A DNA stretch of 64,000 bases from Octopus sinensis. Lineage: Eukaryota. The notes beneath the pieces were generated by a model that saw only the letters and a program-made list of their open reading frames with translations, searched no databases and was not told the origin of the DNA. Position 1 is the stretch's first letter. Each line of letters starts with the position of its first letter. The position numbers and the translations under genes are program-made. The stretch lies in NCBI RefSeq assembly GCF_006345805.1, contig NC_043012.1, forward strand, positions 54,064,001 through 54,128,000, given 5' to 3'. Below are positions 48,430 through 64,000 of this stretch, piece after piece.

Positions 48430-48710
48430 TAATTACTTAAATCTATCATGATCCCTAGGTCTCACAAGGTTAGAGATTAAACTGGTTTCCATGGCATATA
48501 AATGACTGAAATTTACAACACTACTTCCTGGACGGGGCGCCGGTCCGTCACAGGGTTAACTTCCCTGCAATTTCTGGATCTCATTTGCAGCGTAGTGGAC
48601 TGGAATAACATGAAATGAAGAGCCTTACTCAAGATTACAACGCACTACCCTGTTCTAGAATCGAAACCATGATTTTACGATCGTAAGTTCAGATCTCTAA
48701 GGTCACACAC
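48430..48710 (-). mobile_element. Old CORE-like tRNA SINE
   Basis: GAAATGAAGAGCCTTACTCAAG..GAATCGAAACC is the reverse of a B box plus CORE-like segment. Confidence 0.6.
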
Positions 48711-49380
48711 TTACACAATGGCATATAATAATAGTGATTAATTAATTAATTTATTAATTATGCCTCTCCTTCTCTAGGATATAGAACACTACCCTGCAAT
48801 AAATAAATAATACGGCACTGTTACGTTATTCGAATGTATATTCTATGCTTTTAGCGTATATGTAATGTTTAATTAGTATAATTATGTTTAATTTCTATAG
48901 AACGTACTTTTACAATTACGCTGTTAATGACGTTGAATGAGTACTATAAAAAAAAGATGGTTCAAGACTTTCTTTTACTATTATTATTTACTATAATTTT
49001 ATCTGTAAGTGTTCAATTTCATATATATTTTTAAGATACAGAGAGTTTTGGTCCATAAATTTGACCTATTTTAAGTAGATTGGATATGCATGAATATATT
49101 TGTTTAGGATCGCATTACGAATTAGCCAGGATGTAAGAAGTAGAGAACCCAACTGTCAGTAAAAAAACAAGAAAGTGCACGTTGTTTGATCGTAGTGCAA
49201 AAAACAATGGCGTATGTTGTTCTTGTTTGTGACGCATTTCCTATAAACAAAATGGCCGACAAGTACATTTTGAAAATCACTTTTTGCTGCCCAAATATCA
49301 GTAATAAGCAGTCTTTCAAAACTCAGAGTGGATCCTCTTTGTGAGAAGAATAGGAAGGTTATATATATATATACACACAT

Positions 49381-49612
49381 ACTCTTTTACACTTTTACAC
49401 GTTTCAGTCATTCGACTGCGGTCATGTTAGAGCACCGCCTGAAGTCGAACAAATCGACCCCAGGACTTATTCTTTGTAAGCCTAGTACTTATTTTATGGT
49501 TTTTCTTTTGCCTAACCACTAAGTTTCGGGGATATTAACACACCAACATCGGTTGACAAGTGATGGCGGTGGTACAAACACAGACACAAATACACACGCG
49601 CATAAATATATA

Positions 49613-49647
<35 letters not shown>

Positions 49648-49811
49648 CGACGGGCTTCTTTCAGTTTCCGTCTACCAAATTCACTCACAAGGCTTTGGTC
49701 GGCCCGAGGCTATAGTAGGAGACACTTGCCCAAGGTGCCACGCAGTGGGACTGAGCCCGAAATCATGTGGCTAGGAAGTAATCTTCTTACTATACAGCCA
49801 CGCCTGCGCCT
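49381..49811 (-). mobile_element. SINE family A with internal (TA)n
   Basis: Full head and tail. Confidence 0.92.
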
Positions 49812-49907
49812 ACATATATATATATATATATATATATGTAGGTCCCGGGTTGATTCGGGGTTAACCACAGTAAATAAGGTACTCAATACATAGCAGAGTA
49901 AAATTAA

Positions 49908-53106
<3,199 letters not shown>

Positions 53107-53207
53107 GTAGGTATGTATGTATGTATGTATGTATGTATGTATGTGTATGTATGTATGTATGTATGTATGTATGTATGTATGTATGTATGTGTGTGTATGT
53201 ATGTAGG

Positions 53208-53266
53208 CTAAAATAAGTGGAAAGTTAAGCTACTATAAATCGGCACGAACTTTCCGGACAACCCAA
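53208..53266 (-). mobile_element. Isolated end (TIR) of the ~550-bp mariner family
   Basis: AAATCGGCACGAACTTTCCGGACAACCCAA|TA. Confidence 0.85.
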
Positions 53267-53811
53267 TACATTAGAAGCTTCATATTTTTGTCAATTGTGA
53301 ATCATACAAACAATAGTGTGCAAAGAAAATGGCAATAAAACCTTAGTAAAATTTCTCAGGTTATTTTAGCAATTAAGTAAGAATGACAAGACAGCTGGAA
53401 GTAAATGTGGAGCACATAATATTTTTATCCTCTTTTAATCGCATGAAAATTCTTCTGTAGGAGACCAAGAATGAAGTTTAGAGATGCAGCTGCTGATCTT
53501 AAATCTTGGTAAGATAAATTCACAGAATCACAGGAAACTTTCAGTGAAGAACCACTTAAACAGGAGAAATGGGAAACGCGGAACGAACATTGAAATTACG
53601 AAAATACATGGTAAAAGAATTCCCTGGTAAAATCCAGTTGATGTTAGGTTGTTGAGAAATTCTTTCATAATAAAGGACGTTAGTGCTGCCATTATCACAG
53701 AAATAAGGGAAAGGTTTTTCCCGAGTATGAGAATCAGGTTCATAATTTAATTTTTACTAGATGGAAAAAATATAGCGTCTGGAAATTAGAAACTGTAGAA
53801 TGTTGCCCATA

Positions 53812-54061
53812 TTCTTTATTCTTTCATTCTTTTTATACTTGCTTCAGTCATTTGACTGCGGCCATGCTGGAGCACAGCCTTTACTCGAGCAAATCGGTCC
53901 CAAGACTTATTTTTTGTAAGCCTAGTACTTATTCTGTTGGTCTCTTTTGCCGAACCGCTAAGTTACGGGGGCGTAAACACACCAGCATCGGTTGTCAAGC
54001 GATGTTGGAGGGATAAGCACAGACACACAAACATAAACACACACATACACACACACATACA

Positions 54062-54144
<83 letters not shown>

Positions 54145-54298
54145 CGACGGGCTTCTTTCAGTTTCCGTCTACCAACTCCACTCACAAGGTTTTGGTCGGC
54201 TCGAGGCTATAGTATAAGACACTTGCCCAAGGTGCCACGCAGTGAGACTGAACCCAGAACCACGTGGTTGGTAAGCAAGCTACTTACCACACACCCAC
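53812..54298 (-). mobile_element. SINE family A with internal (CA)n(TA)n
   Basis: Full head and tail. Confidence 0.92.
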
Positions 54299-54902
54299 AT
54301 AGACATAAAACCGATTTTCCCGATATAAAGTTTGCATCTGATTTAGTAACAAGTTCAATTTCATATGATGAATATGTTACTTTTAAAAACTTAAGAATCG
54401 CTGTGCAGATTTAATTAACAGTTGATGATTCTTTTCATCCCTATGAAGGATCCTTCAGTAGGCTGCAATTTATTCTTATACACTTTTATACAATCTTATT
54501 GACACTTACTCAAGAACGACTTTGTGTTTTGGCAACGTAAAATATTGAAAAACAAACACGTACTTAATATCTCTAATTTTGATTGCATAATCAATACATG
54601 TGCAGTAAAAAATTCGGAAACGGTCACGAGTATAGTAATAATAAAAACCAAATTGGTCGAGGTAAGTTCATTCAGTTTTGTGAAGTAATACAATTTGTTA
54701 TTTGTAAAATGATATGTTATCAATACATGTCTTAAACCAGATATGTCACAGATGAATGACTTCACATGAAAACATTAGTTTCAACACTAGAATTATAGTC
54801 TGCATACTTGCGACACCACTCTCTCCAAGTGAATTTGAATAATACTGGAAGACATAAATATCTGAATGGTTTACAATTTATGTAAATACATCGCGTAAGT
54901 TA

Positions 54903-55449
54903 TTGGATTGTCCGGAAAGTTCGTGCCGATATTTAAAGGAAAGAAAACAGTCAATAAATACTTGCCATTACATTTTTAATCAAACAAATATGAACGATTT
55001 TGTTGCACAATGCATCGCCATCTTTCCTTTAACTTGAAAATACGCTCTTCCCAGAATTGGGGTGGTTTCATGGCAAAGAATTCATCTAGGTATCTTTTTA
55101 CGTCATCCAAGGAATTGAAATTTTTACCTGAAGAGACCTGGATAAGTGGAAATCCGAAGGAGCAATATCTGGTGAATATGGAGGGTGGGGTAACATATCC
55201 CAGCCGAGCTGCAGCAATTTTTGTCTGGTTCCCAAAGCATCAACTGCCGAAAATGAACTTTCTTATCTTCCATTTTAAAAGGTTACAGAAATAACACAGA
55301 TTATAGGAACCTTCTTCCACGATAAGCTAGCTTAAACTGTGCTCTAAATGGAGGTGTAGTCAAATCCTATTTCATGGACTCAACCATGTTCTAAAATGAG
55401 TCGAAAGGTAAGCTACTATAAATCGGCACGAACTTTCTAGATAACCCAA
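54903..55449 (-). mobile_element. Non-autonomous mariner deletion derivative (~550 bp)
   Basis: Same TIRs, TA flanks and internal structure as 10799-11355. Confidence 0.92.
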
Positions 55450-55832
55450 TATATTTTACTAGTAGTTTTTCTTGAACAAAATACTTCATTCTACGTTGCT
55501 TCAGTTCACGGACTAGCATCCCGTTCCAGATGGGGGTGTTATGGTCTCAATCACTCGTATGCCTTGTAAACTATGCGACTGAGCTTATGAATCATACGAT
55601 TTAGAACAGTAATGTCAAGGGATGACATTTACATTTTTATTTATGTTGTATAACTTTGGGTCTGCTTAAGGTGGCAATCCTTACTGTTGTGATCTGTGGG
55701 TAAATAATGAAGCACATGGAACATTTCAGAGATGTAAGGATGCCAAAAATGTCTTTGAATCGGCTATCAAGAGCCTTTGCTGCGTCAATAGAAGCATCCC
55801 TGAGTTTCAAATTGTTACATACGTAATGTGGT

Positions 55833-55990
55833 TTCAAATTTCGGCACAAAGCCAGCAATTTCGTATAGGGAATAAGTCGAATGAAAGGCAAAGTCGACCA
55901 TGGCGGAACTGAACTCAGAACGCGAAGACGTACGAAATGCCGTTAAGCATGTCATCCGGCGCGTTAACGATTCTGCCAGCTTGTTACCTT
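55833..55990 (-). mobile_element. SINE family B, degenerate and internally deleted
   Basis: GAATGAAAGGCAAAGTCGACC..GAACTCAGAACG..CTGCCAGC. Confidence 0.75.
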
Positions 55991-56329
55991 CTTAGATATG
56001 TGAAATCTCTTTAAGCGAGATCAACCAACAGACAGACAGACAGAGGCTAGAAGACTGCAACGACGATCACTAGGAATATATATGTGTGCGGGTGCATACG
56101 TACGCACGAAAAATAAAGAGCACATCTGTGTAAGTGTGCACTGTGTGTGCATCTGTGTGCATGTGTATGCAAAACGATGTTGATTATGATGCATATCAAC
56201 AATACAACAAAAAGGAAGTGTACAGCATTCTAAATACATCCATGCGGTCGGATCACACATATGTAAAACAGCTGAAAGACCTCGATTAACTGAGAAAATT
56301 TATTAAATTCGTGCAGTAAAACTCCCAGA

Positions 56330-56645
56330 GTGGAGGCGCAATGGCCCAGTGGTTAGGGCTGCGGACACGCGGTCGAAGGATCGCGGTTTCGATTCCCAGA
56401 CCAGACGTTGTGTGTGTTTATTGAGCGAAAACACCTAAAGCTGCACGAGGCTCCGGTAAGGGGTGGTGGCGATCCCTGTTGTACCCTTTCGCCCCAACTT
56501 TCTCTCACTCTTTCTTCCTGTTTCTTGAGTAACGCTGCGATGGACTGGCATCTCTTCCAGCTGGGGGGGGGGGCACATTCGCCGCAGAAACCGGGAAATC
56601 GGGCCCGTGGGCCTGGTTAGGCTTGAAAAGGGTGCATAAATAAAA
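56330..56645 (+). mobile_element. SINE family C
   Basis: A box TGGCCCAGTGGTTA, B box GGTTTCGATTCCC, tail GGCTTGAAAAGGG. Confidence 0.9.
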
Positions 56646-56949
56646 TGAATAAAACTCCCTGTAGGGGTGTTTAAAATAGAAAATAAAATTAAGAAAATGA
56701 ATGTCTTAGCACGAACAAATCTTGTAGCGAAGAATAAAATGTATTGACTTGGTAAGAAACTACAGGTTTTTATTACTTGCTTGAATTTAATTGATAAGTT
56801 GTTTACAAGATGTTTAAGCCAATACTTTCAAGATCATTGCTATTCAAACCAGACAATGACAGATGAGCAGTTGGGTGGATAGAAAAGAATGGGTTGTGGG
56901 GTGCAGACTTTTAATTAATAAAGGTGTGCTGTCTGAAGTAAAAGAAAAA

Positions 56950-57300
56950 ATAATAATGATGATGAGAAAAAGGTGGAGGAAAATTAGGAGGGTGGGGAAG
57001 GGGAGGAGGAGGAGAGGCGCCGGCGGCGGCGGTGGGGAGAAGGCGAGGAGGAGGAAGAGGAAGGTTGGGAGGAGGGGTGGTAGAGGAGGAAAATGGGGAG
57101 GAGGAGAGGGAGGAGGGGGAAAAGGAAGGAGGAGGAAAAGGGAAGGTGGTTTAGGAGGAGGAAGGGAGGAGGGAAGGAAAGGGAAGGAGGAGGAAAAGGG
57201 AAGGAGGGGAGGAAGAGGAAAAGGAAGGAGGAGGACAGAAGAAGAAGAATGAACGAATGAATGAATGAATGAATGAATGAATGAATGAATGAATGAATGG
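56950..57300. repeat. Purine-rich (GGA)n low-complexity tract + (GAAT)n
   Basis: Read directly. Confidence 0.9.
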
Positions 57301-57699
57301 ATGGACGTTACCGTAGCAACGTTGTGGCAGAATGTAAAGTGAGCGCTAACATTGATGATGTTGTAAGTTGGGAATTATTTTAATTAATTAAAATGTAATT
57401 TAAAATGATTAAAAATTCTTAGACCTTAGTGAGAAGAAAACTTTATTATCGTGATGATTAATTTTGGTCAAGAAAGGATACAAAGACAACCTTAGGGTTT
57501 TAATTAATTTAGATTAATTAATTATAGAATGCGGTGAAGAGTTTGTCAGACGTTTGGCAGGGCTGAGATAATTGCAGGCATGTTTCGACTTTATTACACC
57601 TCATTATCAAATCACAGTAAAACCATGATAGCAGATGTTAGATTAACTGTGTCGCAAAGTAACTTAAAATACTTTGGATCGACTGTTGCGTGAAATATT

Positions 57700-57915
57700 G
57701 GTTTCAAATTTTGGCACATCGCAGCCAGTTTCGGGGGAAGGAGCGAAATCGATTACATAGACCCCAGTGCTCAGCTTGTACTTATTTTATCGAGCTAGAA
57801 AGAGTAAAAGGCAAAATCGACCCCAGCGTGAATTGAACTCGGAACGTAAAGACGAACGAAATGCCTCTATGTATTTTGCTTGGCGAATTAACGATTCTGC
57901 CAGCTCGCTGCCTTA
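57700..57915 (-). mobile_element. SINE family B, B2-type tail, degenerate
   Basis: TTGGTTTCAAATTTTGGCAC tail, core, and head CTGCCAGCTCGCTGCC. Confidence 0.75.
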
Positions 57916-58439
57916 CTATTGCATGAAATATTAATAGTAAAGAACGTTAATATACTTGATGAAGTGAGCCAGGGAATTTTGCGAATTTAATTACCCTCTG
58001 AGTGATGAAAAAGATTAAGATTATCCTCTTAATCATTAACTCAGATCTAGAATATCAAGGGAGACAACCCTGAGATTTGCATGGACGTGAGTCTCATATT
58101 TGGTAATGTGGTCTTTTCCTTCTAATTGGACGCCATCAACCAGCCTTTCTATGACAGTAAGATATTAGAATGAATTCACAAGATATACTATTTTTATGAA
58201 TAAAAAATTGTGTGGTGTGATATTTCAAAAGACTGATTGACCAATTGTAATTAAGGGCTACTTTGAATTAATTATGATTTCTTAGCTCACTATATTATGT
58301 TAGCACCACTTTGATGTCAATGATTTATACTCCAAGAAACCCTACGTATTTTTCCCAGTCATTCCTGTAATAATATAGTACAGAACAGCCAGCTTTCATC
58401 GCGAGAGGGTATAGTTTTGGGAACAGGTACCATGCTTTC

Positions 58440-58720
58440 GGTAATAGTTTTAGGTGTCTATGTTGTCGCGAGAGGACATAAAACACCTTCTCGATCCCCT
58501 TACTCTTGACTCAACGGAATATCCAGCTTGTTACATGCTGGAGACAGAGTAGACTGTACCAGCATCCAGCTGGTATTCATTACAACTGAGCAGTGGGTTG
58601 GAATAGCACGAAATAAAATACCTTGTTCGAGAAAACTAAGTGCCGGGCGGTGAAGGGATTGAACACCCGAACCTATGATCATCAGACGAACACCCTAACC
58701 ACAAGGCCACATCCTCTCAC
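58440..58720 (-). mobile_element. Old CORE-like tRNA SINE
   Basis: GGGATTGAACACCCG..ACCCTAACCACAAGGCCAC is the reverse of a tRNA-like head. Confidence 0.55.
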
Positions 58721-59144
58721 TTTGACAGTATATCATGATTACAAAAAGAAACGTAAGAATCTCTCTTGGTTGCTGTCATCGAAAGGATTACCAAAACCTT
58801 GTCACCCACCCCACTCTTGTAACACAAAACGCAACGATTGTCTCTGAAGCCATAATTTTCCGAAAGATATATTCTAAGGAAACAGTTTTCAATTTATTTT
58901 AACATAAGATCTACTTTCATTTCATTTAAAGATATCCTATGATTATACGTTTGGATCTACAAGAAACGCCACTGAAAACTATAATTATTTTGTCGACGCT
59001 CTTAACATCAAACCTAAGATTTCTGTGAAACCGCTGAAGTTAATAACATATTTAGTTGATATAGAGGTGGAAATTAACCCAAAGAAAAGTTCATATTTGA
59101 TAGTTGAAAGTGTAAAGAAAATCGTTTCCCAAACGAAAACATCA

Positions 59145-59384
59145 ATAGTGTCTCAAACTTGCCAATAATATCTTTGTCTTACTAACAATGTCTCAATCTT
59201 TCCAATAGTGTTTCAGTTTTACTAAGAGTGTCTCAATCTTGCCAATAGTGTCTCAAATTTGCCAATAGTGTCTCAATTTTGCCAATAGTGTCTCAATTTC
59301 GCTAAGAGTGTCTCAGTCTTGCCAATTGTGTCCCAATCTTGCCAAAATTGTCTCATTCTTGCCAATAGTGTTTCGATCTTGCCA
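59145..59384. repeat. 20-bp minisatellite (AATAGTGTCTCAATCTTGCC)n, about 12 copies
   Basis: Head-to-tail units with point variants and no unique spacers. Confidence 0.9.
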
Positions 59385-59411
59385 ACCGCATACATCGAGT
59401 GGTACAAATAT

Positions 59412-59990
59412 ATCTTTATTCATTTAAGCCGTTCGTTCCCTATGGTAACATCGGCGACTTTTCCCCACTATTCTCAACTTTGAGCTGTCTTTTCTGTTTT
59501 TCTCCAGTTGGATCACTGCTTAGTCAGCTCTGCCTCAGCATCCTGACTCCCTCTATATCAGGATGTCTTTTCCGCCTCCTTTGTGGACGCTATGACAGGG
59601 TTTGACGTGTAAAGCAGAAAATTGTTTTCCCTAGAATTGGCCCTTGCGATTCAGGATCTCGTCTTTCCACCAGTAATTGCTCCCACTTCTGCCAATAAAT
59701 ACCTAGGTGTTAATGAAAATATATCATGCAAAATGCTAGGAACGAAGATTGACGAAACAAATTTATGCTAGATGTTTTTAAAATATTGGAGTCAGGTGTC
59801 TGTTTTACGTGTCAATGTTCCACAATGCATTTTCAGCATCAGTAGTGATATTGCAAAATATATTGTCGGGCACTTAACTGGCCTATAGAAGAAATCGTTT
59901 GAGGTACTTGACTAATCTATCAAGGAAATTCCTATTCATAGGTATTACAACCGGGAAGATCCATACAACTTCCAGAAGCTTCCACAAAAA
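59412..59990 (-). pseudogene. Old RTE-like LINE 3' remnant
   Basis: Minus strand resembles the RTE ORF end (..PQRRRKR...) followed by a short tail; heavily decayed. Confidence 0.4.
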
Positions 59991-60558
59991 TAGTAATATC
60001 AATATACACTATCTCCCAACGGAGGGCAGTTTTGTATTGTATCACTTAGACAGCACTTGAGAAAAAAAGGAACAGATCAACTATAGCCACCAAGTGATCA
60101 AAAGAGAGAAAACAAAATCGTAGGATTCGAGGATAAAATCTTTAAGATATACATGCGACCCAGGAACTGTTCAACAAAAATACCTCAAAGATGATTTGGA
60201 AGAGTAATACGAGTTATATGCCAAAGAGGCGATGTTTCTCTGAAACTTGCAAATAACGTCAGTATCAGCTCTAGTCATCAACTTACCTGAACGGTGACTG
60301 TCACTCAACGACAAACCATGAAAGGTATTCTTTTGATATCCAAGATCAAGAGACAACTGCTAAGTGATTATTAAACGAAAGCGACAGGTAAGCATTTAAA
60401 CCTTTCGAGAAGGTCAAATATCAGATATACGTGAAAGATGTCATAGAATATACGATTTGTCGCAGTTTCTTTGGCGTAGGTAATTTGACACAGTTGACTG
60501 GACTTGTTTTGGAAACTATGTTTTTGCCTTAGCAGGTAACATGCGCACGCCTGTATAT

Positions 60559-60604
<46 letters not shown>

Positions 60605-60947
60605 AGAAAGAGAGAGAAAGAGGGAAAGAGAGAAAGAGAGAGAGAAGGTTTGCAATTTATCAATTGAACACGATTGACAGAAACACTTTCTTCTCTTCAT
60701 AAGCATATAAGAAGAGAGAGAGAGAGAGAAGTGGTGGGGAAACAAGAGAAGTATTAAAATGTCTGCTGTCAAATAAGTCAGCATCGAATCAGCCAAATAA
60801 GCGGCGCCTGAACGGCTGTGTATAACCGCCTCATACACTTTACAAAATCAGTAACTGCTCTAATACTGTCATGCGATATGGCGGTACCCCAGGATGGCTA
60901 CAGTCAAAAGACTGAAACAAGTTGAAGAAAAAAAAGATAACAGATAT

Positions 60948-61114
60948 GTGGAGGCGCAATGGCCCAGTGGTTAGGGCAGCAGACTCGCGGTCATAAGATC
61001 GCGGTTTCGATTCCCAGACCGGGCGTTGTGAGTGTTTATTGAGCGAAAACACCTAAACGCTCCACGAGGCTCTGGCAGGGGATGTTGGTGATCCCTGCTG
61101 TACTCTTTCACCAC
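60948..61114 (+). mobile_element. SINE family C, 3'-truncated
   Basis: Near-consensus head and body. Confidence 0.9.
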
Positions 61115-61765
61115 AATAAAAATGGCGGTGCCCCAGCATGGCCACAGCTCATGAGCTGAAACTAAAAAATCAAAATCAAAATCAGATATGATATTATTGC
61201 TTACATGATATGCAAATGCCATAAGAAGAACTGCACTGGAACAAATATACACATATTTGTAATGTATGGCATTCGAATACATAGAGTATGACGAAGATCT
61301 TACCATAAAAACTTCCACTAAATCCATACACATACACGGAAAATCTGACACAGTTGTTTGGAACAGAAAGCTTAAAGGATGCATGGTTGAGGACGTTAGT
61401 TAACCAGTAGCTTGTGAACATTTCACTCAAAATTACTAAAATGTGAAAAAGAAAAGATTGTCGACTGCTCCGAAAGCTATAACTTCTCTAAGCAACAAAT
61501 GAATTTACTGCGCCATTGGTGCACTTGTGTTTAAGTATTGGCCTGGAAAAATCTGAGATTTTCAGGAAAGGAAAGACACTGTTTAACACGTAATTCAATA
61601 TCTTAGCGGAACAGTGAAAATATGCAAGGCATTTTTTATTTTTAATTCAACATGTCATTCTTTACTCTTGGTTAAATTCTGATGACAGCAGCAACTGTCT
61701 CTTAGAATGAAATGTTTTGTTTATGAAGAGATTTCAAAGAATTGGTGAAGCAAGAATTACAAAAG

Positions 61766-61769
<4 letters not shown>

Positions 61770-61853
<84 letters not shown>

Positions 61854-62030
61854 GGATGGATGGATGGATGGATGGATGGATTGGTGTGTAGGGAGATTGA
61901 ACGACAGATAGACTGATAGCTTGATTAATCGATTGATAGATTAATTGATTGATAGATTGGTTGATTGATTCATTGATTCATTCATTCATTCATTCATTGT
62001 TTATTTGATAGATTGATTGATTGGTTGATT
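61770..62030. repeat. (GATA)n-(GGAT)n-(GATT)n-(CATT)n compound tetranucleotide microsatellite
   Basis: Read directly. Confidence 0.95.
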
Positions 62031-62245
62031 GACTGATTTCAAGAACTACTAGTTTATGAAGTCAATAACTTGAATGTTAATATGACAGTTAGTAATATCC
62101 AGAACTACCAAATCTGTCATGTTAATCTTTTACACAGATATTATTTCTCCCATTACTAAGTCACGTTGCACAGAAAAAATATATAGTACAGAGTGGTAGC
62201 AATTATAATAATCTATTTTTAAAAGAAATACTATATAGAATACGT

Positions 62246-63030
<785 letters not shown>

Positions 63031-63140
63031 AAAGATATATGTATATGTGTGTATATATATGCACAACGTGCTTGTCTCCGTTTGCGTTTACCAAATCCAT
63101 TCTAATGACATTGGTCGGCCTGGAGCTATAGTAGAAGTTT

Positions 63141-63630
63141 TTTTATTGCCCACAAGGGGCTACACACAGAGGGGACAATCAAGGACAGACAAAGGAATTA
63201 AGTCGGTAACATCGACTCCAGTGCGTTTAACTGGAACTTAATTTATCGACCCCGAAAGGATGAAAGGCAAGGTCGACCTCGGCGGAATTGGAACTCAGAA
63301 CGCAACAGCAGACGAAATACCTATTTCTTTACTACCCACAAGGAGTTAAACACAGAGAGGACAAACAAGGACAGACAAACGGATTAAGTTGATTATATCG
63401 ACCCCGGTGCGTAACTGGTACTTAATTTATCGACCCCGAAAAGAAGAAAGGCAAAGTCGACCTCGGCGGAATTGGAACTCAGAACGCAACAGCAGACGAA
63501 ATACCTATTTCTTTAATACCCACAGGGGCTAAACACAGAGAGGACAAACAAGGACAGACAAACGGATTAAGTCGATTATACGGCTACGCATTTCGCCTGG
63601 CGTGCTAACGTTTCTGCCAGCTCGCCGCCT
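63141..63630 (-). mobile_element. SINE family B trimer (B1 tail); head-proximal unit internally deleted
   Basis: Junction CAGACGAAATAC|CTATTTCTTT ends at 63320 and 63504 (period 184). Confidence 0.92.
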
Positions 63631-64000
63631 ATAGTAGAAGATATTTTTGCAAGGTGCTATGCAGCAGGACTGAACGCAAGACTACGTCACTGAGAAGCAT
63701 GCTTGTTAACCACACAGCCACACCTGCCAACTACAACGAGTATATTCGACATTGTTAATTATCTTTTCCAAAAAAAATATCATTAATTAGTGGGGGGGGG
63801 GCAATGTTTTAAAGCTTGGTACACTCAAAGTGGGTAATTGTAGCCCTATATTATGGTAAAACTTAAATGAATGTAAATAATTCAAGTGGTGCAATTAATT
63901 TTATGCAGTATTTGAATTTATTCGCGTTACGTTTGCCGAAGCAGAACATGACCGTTAAATTAAAGTAACTGATATCGAAGCACAATGACAAAAGCATAGA

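Noticed and set aside
53460-53508. Apparent 48-nt exon (TAG|GAGACC...TCTTG|GTAAGA) encoding RPRMKFRDAAADLKS
   Set aside because: The peptide resembles the GRPRxRFKD..DLK motif at the end of RTE-like LINE ORFs, so a LINE relic is the simpler explanation. RNA-seq would settle it.
56863-57252. 129-aa Gly/Arg/Glu-rich ORF
   Set aside because: Translation of a purine-rich low-complexity tract.
59145-59384. CRISPR array
   Set aside because: The units are contiguous with no unique spacers, there are no cas genes, and the context is eukaryotic.

Overview
AT-rich, repeat-saturated eukaryotic DNA. The SINE families and the (TA)n/(GATA)n/(CA)n load point to an octopod cephalopod, probably Octopus; this is an inference from recognised repeats, not from a search. 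I find no intact host gene, rRNA, tRNA gene or CRISPR array. Most listed ORFs are translated microsatellites or pieces of decayed transposons. Content: three tRNA-derived SINE families (called A, B and C here); a near full-length decayed Tx1/L1-clade LINE (22880-27565); a separate Tx1-like 3' end (40842-41240); RTE and R4/Dong-like LINE remnants; several Tc1/mariner fossils; a ~550-bp mariner deletion family; hAT-like and Merlin-like MITEs; two non-autonomous Helitrons; and many Penelope-like (PLE) terminal fragments. Two signals stand out. (1) Recurrent fold-back structures (arms 42 bp to ~1.2 kb) built from PLE-like ends, several carrying minimal type-I hammerhead ribozymes pointing outward, plus a tandem hammerhead pair with compensatory stem changes (retrozyme-like). 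(2) A multimer-forming SINE (family B) whose 3' tail and CTTGT-loop hairpin match the 3' end of the Tx1-like LINE, suggesting an unusual Tx1-driven SINE/LINE pair. Coordinates of decayed elements are approximate and family names are from motif recognition only.
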